This document shows, one piece after another, positions 55,662-62,063 of a DNA stretch of 62,063 nt. The DNA lies in the IMG/VR virus record IMGVR_UViG_3300021962_000104, positions 1 through 62,063 of that record; one strand, 5' to 3'. Each line of letters begins with the position of its first letter. Position 1 is the stretch's first letter. The notes under the pieces are model-generated. The model searched no databases, was not told the DNA's origin, and worked only from the letters and a program-made list of their open reading frames with translations. The position numbers were made by a program, and so were the translations under genes. Source of the DNA: a virus. Lineage: Duplodnaviria; Caudoviricetes.

Positions 55662-56615
55662 ATGAATTATCTGATCACTGGTGGTGCTGGATTCCTTGGT
55701 TCAAATCTAGCAAGAAGATTACTTCGCGAGGGCAATCGCGTACATATCATAGACAATCTATCTTCCAGCAATGGAAACAATCTACCACCATTGCTTATGG
55801 ATAATGGCGTTGCTTGGTATAACTTTGATGTCCAACAACCATTCAATCATCTATTTGAAAACACCTGCCTTGATGGCATCTTTAATCTAGCCTGTCCTGC
55901 AAGTCCACCATTCTATCAGAGCATGCCAATTGAGACTACTCTCACAAGTGTATTGGGCGCAAAGAATGCATTAGATTTAGCAATAGAACATCACTGTCCA
56001 ATTCTACAAACATCTACTTCTGAAGTTTATGGTGATCCAGAGATCTCGCCACAGACAGAAGATTATCGCGGAAGTGTGAACTGCTTTGGTCCACGTGCGT
56101 GCTATGATGAAGGTAAACGCGCAGCTGAAGCATTATTCTATGATTATCAGAAGCAGAGAAACGCAAACATACGCATCGTGCGCATCTTTAATACATATGG
56201 ACCAGGAATGTTGTCCAACGATGGTCGAGTGGTCAGCAACTTCATCAATCAAGCATTGAATAATGAGCCAATTACGATTTACGGTCAGGGTGGGCAATCT
56301 AGATCATTCTGTTATGTGGATGATCTAATTGATGCGTTGCTAGTTGTATGGAACAGCCAATACAAGAAGCCAGTGAACATTGGTAATCCAAATGAATATT
56401 CAATGTTACAATTGGCTGATAAGATCATACAAATTACAAATTCATCATCTGAAATTTCATATCATTCACTTCCAGAAGATGATCCATTACAACGCAGACC
56501 AGACATTAGTCTTGTAAAATCATTAGGTTGGGATGGTCCTCAAATTTCACTTGACAAAGGACTCGAAAGTACGGTAGAATACTTTCGTGGACTGAAAAAC
56601 CGTGGGGAACTGTAA
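55662..56615 (+). CDS. UDP-glucuronate decarboxylase (UDP-xylose synthase)-like SDR
   Basis: TGGAGFLGS, LACPASP, STSEVYGDP, RACYDEGKR, RIFNTYGP, DGRVVSNF, DDP.QR.PDI. Confidence 0.9.
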   Translation: MNYLITGGAGFLGSNLARRLLREGNRVHIIDNLSSSNGNNLPPLLMDNGVAWYNFDVQQPFNHLFENTCLDGIFNLACPASPPFYQSMPIETTLTSVLGAKNALDLAIEHHCPILQTSTSEVYGDPEISPQTEDYRGSVNCFGPRACYDEGKRAAEALFYDYQKQRNANIRIVRIFNTYGPGMLSNDGRVVSNFINQALNNEPITIYGQGGQSRSFCYVDDLIDALLVVWNSQYKKPVNIGNPNEYSMLQLADKIIQITNSSSEISYHSLPEDDPLQRRPDISLVKSLGWDGPQISLDKGLESTVEYFRGLKNRGEL

Positions 56616-56863
56616 TGGCTAACTATACATATGATGAAGTGATGAGTAAACTCCGATATGGAGTTGTAACTGTAACTTTTCTAAAAGTCGATGGGACCAA
56701 GCGTGTGATGGAATGCACTCTTGAACCTTCATATCTTCCAGAAGAGTTTCGTAATCGTGGCGCAGTACTAACTGAAACTGCTGGCAATCACATCTCGGTC
56801 TGGGATGTACAAGCAAGTGGCTGGCGTTCATTCCGTTTGGATTCAATTCTCACAGTAGAGTAA
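56615..56863 (+). CDS. WYL-like (DUF2693-type) SH3-fold protein
   Basis: VTFLKVDGT.R.M.CTL, VWDV...GWRSFR. Confidence 0.75.
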   Translation: MANYTYDEVMSKLRYGVVTVTFLKVDGTKRVMECTLEPSYLPEEFRNRGAVLTETAGNHISVWDVQASGWRSFRLDSILTVE

Positions 56864-56864
56864 C

Positions 56865-57902
56865 ATGGCTAGGAACAAGCATGTGATTGTAGACCCCGAG
56901 CCGACTTGGGGCGATGAACCTTCACACTCGATTGCCGAGGCACTGTCTTGGTATTCGAGAAACAAGGAAGACAAGGATGCTGCGAAGTATCTCGGCATCA
57001 AAGAAATTACAATTGCGAAACAGTTTTCGACGTTGGCGTGGACTAGACGCATGAAGCAACTTGGCTGCGTGTTTTCTGAGAAGGAAGCACAGACCATTGC
57101 TGAGATGCAATCTAGATTTGACGAATTCGTCAAACCAATCAAGCCAGCTGTGTCGTCTGGCGCGACCAACGTCGTTTCTATTCAGGAACGAGTCCAAGAG
57201 AAGGTGGATTATTACATCATGGAACTTGAAGCCAAGTTTGATGATCTACACTTTCATCAATCGAAAGAGGACTTCGATTCCTATGCTTGGATGGTAGAGC
57301 AGGGTGTAAAGCCAATGCATGCTGCCAAGATTGGTGCATACTTCCGTGAACGTGCCAAGGAAATGGTGGGTGTCATCGAAGGTATGAAAACTGACGAGTA
57401 CATCAAGGAATCATACTGGCGTCCGCGCAAGCAGTATGTGCACGCAGCAAATATTCTGTTGCTGTTTGCAACCGATGCTGAGAAGATTGCCAGCAACGCA
57501 TCCAAGGCTCGCGCTCCTCGCAAGAAGAAGCCTGTGAGCACCGAGCGTAAGGTCAAGAATCTGAAGTATCTGGATCGTTTCGACGAGCTGAAACTGCAGT
57601 CGATCAGCCCGACCAAGATTCCTGGAGCCATGCAGCTGTGGGTATATAACTCCAAGACTCGCCAGCTGGGTGTGTATAACGCTCTGGATGACTCTGGTTT
57701 GGATGTGAAAGGCTCTGCAATACAGAATTATGCGTTTGAGACCTCTATGGGTAAGACGCTAAGGAAACCAGCACAAACCCTGAAGATCGTTACTGATGGC
57801 GGCAAGATCGCGCTAAGAAAGGCTCTAGATAACGTAAATTCGAAGCCAAAACAGTTAACTGGACGTATAAACAAGGATACTCTCATTTTGAGAGTTATAT
57901 AA
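56865..57902 (+). CDS. Conserved T4-like hypothetical protein
   Basis: LWVYNSKTRQLGVY, KTLRKP, GRINKDTLIL. Confidence 0.75.
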   Translation: MARNKHVIVDPEPTWGDEPSHSIAEALSWYSRNKEDKDAAKYLGIKEITIAKQFSTLAWTRRMKQLGCVFSEKEAQTIAEMQSRFDEFVKPIKPAVSSGATNVVSIQERVQEKVDYYIMELEAKFDDLHFHQSKEDFDSYAWMVEQGVKPMHAAKIGAYFRERAKEMVGVIEGMKTDEYIKESYWRPRKQYVHAANILLLFATDAEKIASNASKARAPRKKKPVSTERKVKNLKYLDRFDELKLQSISPTKIPGAMQLWVYNSKTRQLGVYNALDDSGLDVKGSAIQNYAFETSMGKTLRKPAQTLKIVTDGGKIALRKALDNVNSKPKQLTGRINKDTLILRVI

Positions 57903-57905
57903 ATA
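57898..57905 (+). promoter_or_regulatory. T4-type late promoter
   Basis: TATAAATA upstream of 57935. Confidence 0.65.
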
Positions 57906-57934
57906 ATGGGTGGAATTATCACAAGGAGATTCTA

Positions 57935-58423
57935 ATGCTAAGATTTAGCGGAAAGAAACTTCATGCCGATGATAAGAAGATTTTGAGACAGGCTGCAGTA
58001 TTTACATTGAATAAGTTTATGACTCCTTCTGCACAGAAGAAGATTCTTGTTGAAGTTGAGCTGACTGACAATCTAAAGGGCTGGTCTGGCGAAACCGTGT
58101 ATATGGGTAATGAAGACGGCATAAAGAAGTTTGAGGTTCGTGTTTGGGTGAAAACAGACACGAGAGCAAAGACACCAGTTAATCGCATGAAGGACTCAAT
58201 CCTAACACTCATGCATGAACTGGTCCATGTAAAGCAATACGCTAACAGCGAGATGTTTGACTACGTTGATGGGCGTACCAGATGGAAGGGTTCCGTGTAC
58301 GATAACGCAAAGGACATGGAATCCTACTATGACAGCCCTTGGGAGATCGAAGCATACGGTCGTACTGAGGGTCTTTGGGATATGTTTAATCGAAAGTTGA
58401 GAGAGGATGCGCAAGCAAAGTAA
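57935..58423 (+). CDS. HEXXH zinc metallopeptidase-like protein
   Basis: TLMHELVHVKQY, PWEIEAYG. Confidence 0.8.
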   Translation: MLRFSGKKLHADDKKILRQAAVFTLNKFMTPSAQKKILVEVELTDNLKGWSGETVYMGNEDGIKKFEVRVWVKTDTRAKTPVNRMKDSILTLMHELVHVKQYANSEMFDYVDGRTRWKGSVYDNAKDMESYYDSPWEIEAYGRTEGLWDMFNRKLREDAQAK

Positions 58424-58427
58424 GATA

Positions 58428-58613
58428 ATGGCGAAGAAAAAGCGTTATGAGTTTCGTGATCACGGTTATGATTACGATGAGGGGTTTGAGCGTAGGGCGA
58501 AGAAGAAAGCAGTGCGCGACGAGCATAAAGAGCACTGGAAGTTTAATCCTCGCGAAGATTATGGAGATGGCGAAAATGAAGTTGAAGATTGGGAAGGACA
58601 TCATCCTAGATAG
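58428..58613 (+). CDS. Small charged hypothetical protein
   Basis: ORF from MAKKKRYEF. Confidence 0.5.
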   Translation: MAKKKRYEFRDHGYDYDEGFERRAKKKAVRDEHKEHWKFNPREDYGDGENEVEDWEGHHPR

Positions 58614-58800
58614 AAATGAAAGACTGTTCACCTATCGCAACAAGATCAATGGCACAATCTACTACAGTACAAGTAGATATGAGCCAATCTATCGCGATGG
58701 TCAGGAATTCATTGCTGTCTTTGAGAAACCCTCTTCACCTTCAAATCGTCGCGTGAATTTGATGGCTTCTTCTGCTCTTGAGCGAGTAAAAGTGGTCTAA
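58567..58800 (+). CDS. Hypothetical protein (start 58567 or 58576)
   Basis: SD GGAG at 58563. Confidence 0.5.
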   Translation: MAKMKLKIGKDIILDRNERLFTYRNKINGTIYYSTSRYEPIYRDGQEFIAVFEKPSSPSNRRVNLMASSALERVKVV

Positions 58801-58804
58801 ATCG

Positions 58805-58864
58805 TAAGTCATTGATTTGTTTATGTATTTTTGATTTGCCTTTTGTTTGACATTCAGGCATAAT
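58805..58864 (+). promoter_or_regulatory. Early promoter with IHF-consensus box
   Basis: TAAGTCATTGATT(58805-58817)-N18-TTGCCT-N17-CATAAT. Confidence 0.65.
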
Positions 58865-58870
58865 TATATT

Positions 58871-59269
58871 ATGATGCAAATACCAAGTCCAGGTTCCGTG
58901 ATTCGCGTCACGACACGTTATCGCAACAACTATATATTTGATGACGCAGAATTCAAGTACAACACCTATGAGGGCACAGTTGTACCGAATGAGAAGTTTG
59001 ACCAGCCAGGATCATTTTGTATGACTGGCGACGGCAGGATGGCGATACGCAACATCTCGCTGGAACAGGTCACTCACCTTGAGTTGCTGACTGGTTCAGC
59101 TCGCAAGGTTGCCGCAAAGTCAGGCATCCGTGTATTCCGTGTGAAGTCTGGCAAGAATGCGTATGTGGTAACAATGCAGGCAACACGCTTTCAGTGTAAC
59201 TGCATTGGCTTTCAGTATCGCCGTCATTGTCGTCACACAAAGGCAGTTGCTGCCAAGGTAGGAATGTAA
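58871..59269 (+). CDS. SWIM zinc-finger protein, probably leaderless
   Basis: Y.V....CNCIGFQYRRHCRH. ATG 6 nt after the -10 box. Confidence 0.75.
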   Translation: MMQIPSPGSVIRVTTRYRNNYIFDDAEFKYNTYEGTVVPNEKFDQPGSFCMTGDGRMAIRNISLEQVTHLELLTGSARKVAAKSGIRVFRVKSGKNAYVVTMQATRFQCNCIGFQYRRHCRHTKAVAAKVGM

Positions 59270-59622
59270 TGGATAGAACAACTAAGATTTTGATTGTTGC
59301 TGCACTTGTAGGATTAGCTGGTGTACTTTGGTCCTATGATGTATTAGCACATGATCGTTCATACCGACACAATCATCACAGCGAATACTATCGCCATTAT
59401 CATCACAACCATCGCCGCAAGTCAGACAATGATGATTGGGCGTGGGCTGTTGGTGGTATCATTCTTGGCACTGTAATTGCGAACTCTCAGAATGAAAAAG
59501 AGCAAACTGCATCTGGTCTACCACCTCCACAGCGTCATGTTCAAACCTGCTATGATGAGGTGGCATATGATTCTAATAGCCAACCATATGTTCTTCGCCG
59601 TTGTTTTGTGACAGTAGAATGA
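59269..59622 (+). CDS. Exported/membrane His-rich protein
   Basis: Signal peptide, His-rich stretch, AVGGIILGTVIA glycine-zipper-like helix, Cys pair. Confidence 0.65.
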   Translation: MDRTTKILIVAALVGLAGVLWSYDVLAHDRSYRHNHHSEYYRHYHHNHRRKSDNDDWAWAVGGIILGTVIANSQNEKEQTASGLPPPQRHVQTCYDEVAYDSNSQPYVLRRCFVTVE

Positions 59623-59728
59623 ACAAGGAAGATTGCGCTGCTGGAGTGGTTGTTGCACTGTTTGTAATAGTTGGTATTGCTGTAGTGCAGCATATTTTTG
59701 AAAAGTTCCTATAAGGAGGAAATTCGTT

Positions 59729-59962
59729 ATGGCTATATACATGAGCAAATACAAGACTAGTAACAAACCGTTTATTGATTTGAGTGGTCCTGATGGCAAT
59801 GCGTTCGTATTGCTGACAACCGCGAATAGACTCGGGAGGGACTTGGGGTTTACTCGCGAACAAAAAGAAGAAATTCATAAGGAAATGACATCGGGGGATT
59901 ATGAGCATCTGGTCGAAACTTTCGAAAAGCACTTCGGTGCGCACGTCGATCTGTATCGCTAA
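59729..59962 (+). CDS. Conserved phage hypothetical protein
   Basis: IDLSGPDGNAFVLL, EMTSGDYEHL. SD AGGAGG. Confidence 0.75.
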   Translation: MAIYMSKYKTSNKPFIDLSGPDGNAFVLLTTANRLGRDLGFTREQKEEIHKEMTSGDYEHLVETFEKHFGAHVDLYR

Positions 59963-60008
59963 GTTGCCATGTTGTTGATGATTGATTTTTTATAATAAAG
60001 GAGACTTT

Positions 60009-60605
60009 ATGTCTAAGTTGAGCGTTCTTGCAGCTCTTGTGCTGCTTTCTGGTCCCGCATTCGCCGCTGGCGAGGGTGGGTGTGAGAATGGTAATCCTCC
60101 GAACTGCGACGGTGGTGGTGTTGTAAACTCGGGTGGCAACGGTGGTGCTGGCGGTAACGCTACTGCTACTGGTGGTGATGCTACAGCCACTGGCGGAAAC
60201 GCTGCTGCTGATGCAAGTGCTGATGCTGCTGCTTCTGCTACCGCAGGTGCTGAGGCTGTTGCAACTGCATCTTCAGGTGGCAACACTCTAAGCAACTCTG
60301 CTTCTGGTAACGACACCAGCGTCAGCGTTCAGGGTGATGTCTATCGTGAGGCTGCTCAGGCTGTTAACGTGGTAGTTGCTACTGCTTGCGGTGCTGGCTT
60401 CGGTGGTTCTGATCGTAATATGACTTTGAACTTTGCAAAGGGTCAGTCATCTTTCTGTAAGAATCTAGTTCTTTATGAACTGTTGAAGGACAGCGATCCT
60501 GAGCGTGCAGCTGAAGCACTTGACCGTGCATATCAGGTTGCAGCAATGGATGGTAACATGACCATCATCCGTCAGGTGCTAACCTTGGGTCTGCTCGGCG
60601 AGTGA
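60009..60605 (+). CDS. Secreted Gly/Ala-rich protein
   Basis: Signal peptide ending AFA, ATATGG repeats, Cys pairs. SD AGGAG. Confidence 0.7.
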   Translation: MSKLSVLAALVLLSGPAFAAGEGGCENGNPPNCDGGGVVNSGGNGGAGGNATATGGDATATGGNAAADASADAAASATAGAEAVATASSGGNTLSNSASGNDTSVSVQGDVYREAAQAVNVVVATACGAGFGGSDRNMTLNFAKGQSSFCKNLVLYELLKDSDPERAAEALDRAYQVAAMDGNMTIIRQVLTLGLLGE

Positions 60606-60623
60606 TCGTCTAACATAAGACCG

Positions 60624-60652
60624 AAAAGAGGGAGCTTCGGCTCCCTTTTTTT
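60624..60652 (+). terminator. Rho-independent terminator
   Basis: AGGGAGC-TTCG-GCTCCCT followed by a T run. Confidence 0.9.
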
Positions 60653-60663
60653 ATGTAGATGCG

Positions 60664-60723
60664 TAAGTTATTGATTTTACAGGATTTTTTCTTATTTACT
60701 TCTTGCTCTTGTTTTAGTAAGAT
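60664..60723 (+). promoter_or_regulatory. Early promoter with IHF-consensus box
   Basis: TAAGTTATTGATT(60664-60676)-N18-TTTACT-N17-TAAGAT. Shares TTTAGTAAGATATATGTATG with the 12.9 kb promoter. Confidence 0.7.
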
Positions 60724-60758
60724 ATATGTATGGTAAATGATAACAAGGTGATAATCTA

Positions 60759-61613
60759 ATGCCTCGTGGTGTACCCAAGGCTGGTTTCCGCATGACCCGT
60801 AAGCGCAAGGCGCAGGGTCACGCGAAGTTGCAGATGCCTGCGATCGCGATCGAGTCCACTGAGACCGAAGCGCAGATCCGCGCCAAGTTGGATGAGCGAT
60901 TCGCTGCGCTGACCCTCATGACTGAGGCAGCTGTGGCTGGTGAGGTGCGTTCATTCGTCATCTCTGGTCCCGCTGGTCTGGGCAAGTCTTATGGCGTGAC
61001 TCAGACTCTTGAGCGCGAGCGTCCGTACTACACCATCGTGCGTGGTTATGTGCGTCCGACTGGTCTGTATAAGACTCTGTATGAGTATCGTGCTCCTGGC
61101 TCAGTGGTTGTGTTCGACGACGCCGACGCCATCTTCGGCGACGAGGCTGCGTTGAACTTGCTGAAGGCAGCGTGTGATACTACTCGCCGTCGTGTCCTGT
61201 CTTGGCTCACCGAGACCAAGATGGAAGATGAGGCTGGTGATCGTCTGCCGACTTCGTTTGAGTTTGAAGGTACGATCATCTTCATCACCAACTACGATTT
61301 CGATTCGATGATCGATCGTGGTTCGAAGTTGTCGCCGCACTTCAATGCGCTCATCTCACGGTCAATGTACCTTGATATGAAGATGAAGAACAAGAAGGAT
61401 TATCTTGTTCGCATCAAGCAGGTGATTGAGCAGGGCATGCTGCGCAACGAAGGTTTGTCGGCTGCTGCTGAGAAGCAGATCGTGGACTTCGTTGAGAAGC
61501 ATCAGGATTCGCTGCGCGAGTTGTCGCTGCGAATGGTTGTAAAGGTAGCGTCGCTGTACAAGTCGCATCCTGCCAAGTGGCAGAATCTGGCTCGTGTGGT
61601 GTGTTGCAAGTAA
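60759..61613 (+). CDS. AAA-type ATPase (T4 NrdC.10-like)
   Basis: GPAGLGKS, VVVFDDAD, LNLLKAA.D, IIFITN, ALISR. Confidence 0.8.
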   Translation: MPRGVPKAGFRMTRKRKAQGHAKLQMPAIAIESTETEAQIRAKLDERFAALTLMTEAAVAGEVRSFVISGPAGLGKSYGVTQTLERERPYYTIVRGYVRPTGLYKTLYEYRAPGSVVVFDDADAIFGDEAALNLLKAACDTTRRRVLSWLTETKMEDEAGDRLPTSFEFEGTIIFITNYDFDSMIDRGSKLSPHFNALISRSMYLDMKMKNKKDYLVRIKQVIEQGMLRNEGLSAAAEKQIVDFVEKHQDSLRELSLRMVVKVASLYKSHPAKWQNLARVVCCK

Positions 61614-61624
61614 GGAGAAAGAAT

Positions 61625-62017
61625 ATGTCTCATGGTTATGAGGAAGCGTTGGTTGCGGCTGGCGCAGTTATGTACAATTGCTTCCGTGTGCTGGAATTCC
61701 GTGAATTCGGTGACTATCAGGGTTCATGGATCGCATACGTTGAGTATGAGGGTGGTCGTGGCTTTGTGCGTGGATCGTATGGTTCATGCGATCACTGCGA
61801 TGCCTTTCAGGGCGAGTTCGGTTGGCTCGACGAGGACGAGGAAAACTCAGAAGAGTTTCGTGCACGTTTGGTTGACTTTGGTCGCGGCTATCTTGAGGGT
61901 CAGCTGTGGACTGCGGTGGAGTTGCGTGAGCACTTTGCCGAAGACGCAGAGTGGGATTCGGATGCCGAGGAAATTGTTTCTTGGTTGAGTGGACAGATTT
62001 TGAGAGGAGCACACTGA
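61625..62017 (+). CDS. Hypothetical protein
   Basis: SD AGGAG, GDYQG.W, YGSC..CD. Confidence 0.7.
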   Translation: MSHGYEEALVAAGAVMYNCFRVLEFREFGDYQGSWIAYVEYEGGRGFVRGSYGSCDHCDAFQGEFGWLDEDEENSEEFRARLVDFGRGYLEGQLWTAVELREHFAEDAEWDSDAEEIVSWLSGQILRGAH

Positions 62018-62063
62018 TGAACAAGTGGGTAGAAAATGCTGCTAATGTGCAGCGCGAGTATGA

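Noticed and set aside
60136-60270. GCT/GGT-rich repeats as a DNA repeat element
   Set aside because: Explained by Gly/Ala/Thr codons of the secreted protein.
1-62063. Many short minus-strand and alternate-frame ORFs in the track (e.g. 3529-3723, 14807-15184, 26331-26843, 39585-40085, 59990-60316)
   Set aside because: They are shadows of well-supported + strand genes, with no motifs or SD. Only the HNH gene (minus strand) and the embedded o-spanin were kept.
1-62063. CRISPR array, stop-codon reassignment, integrase or transposase
   Set aside because: No regularly spaced repeat-spacer run was seen. Core genes are full-length in the standard code with all three stops used. No recombinase or transposase motifs were found.

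Overview
A 62 kb fragment of a large T4-like (T4-superfamily myovirus) phage genome. Nearly all genes are on the + strand and read in the standard code. The host is probably a Gram-negative proteobacterium, judged from the spanins, IHF-like boxes and a ROSE-like element. Replication core: gp45, gp44, gp62, RegA, gp43, UvsX, gp41, gp61 and a RuvC-like resolvase. Nucleotide metabolism: dNMP kinase, dCMP deaminase, ThyX, class II NrdJ and thioredoxin. Also present are Hsp20, a peroxiredoxin, a tRNA-CAT, endolysin/spanin genes, a dTDP-sugar cluster (rmlB-rmlA-rfbH-2OG oxygenase-rmlC-rmlD), a UDP-glucuronate decarboxylase, many glycosyltransferases, a late block of probable head-packaged polyproteins, and one minus-strand HNH endonuclease. 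The most notable element is a compact operon at 1338-6309: TET/JBP dioxygenase, class II glutamine amidotransferase, GNAT, amino acid:DNA transferase (aGPT-Pplase2), P-loop kinase and glycosyltransferase. It looks like a post-replicative pyrimidine (probably thymine) hypermodification pathway with an unusual ammonia-donor/acetylation logic. Other observations: IHF-box promoters with fixed 18-bp spacing, repeated AUG at the predicted +1 (leaderless transcripts), candidate structured ncRNAs, a ROSE-like thermometer, a gene bracketed by a duplicated 23-bp ribosome-binding region, and apparent avoidance of GGCC/CCGG. All family calls come from motif recognition by eye, with no database searches.
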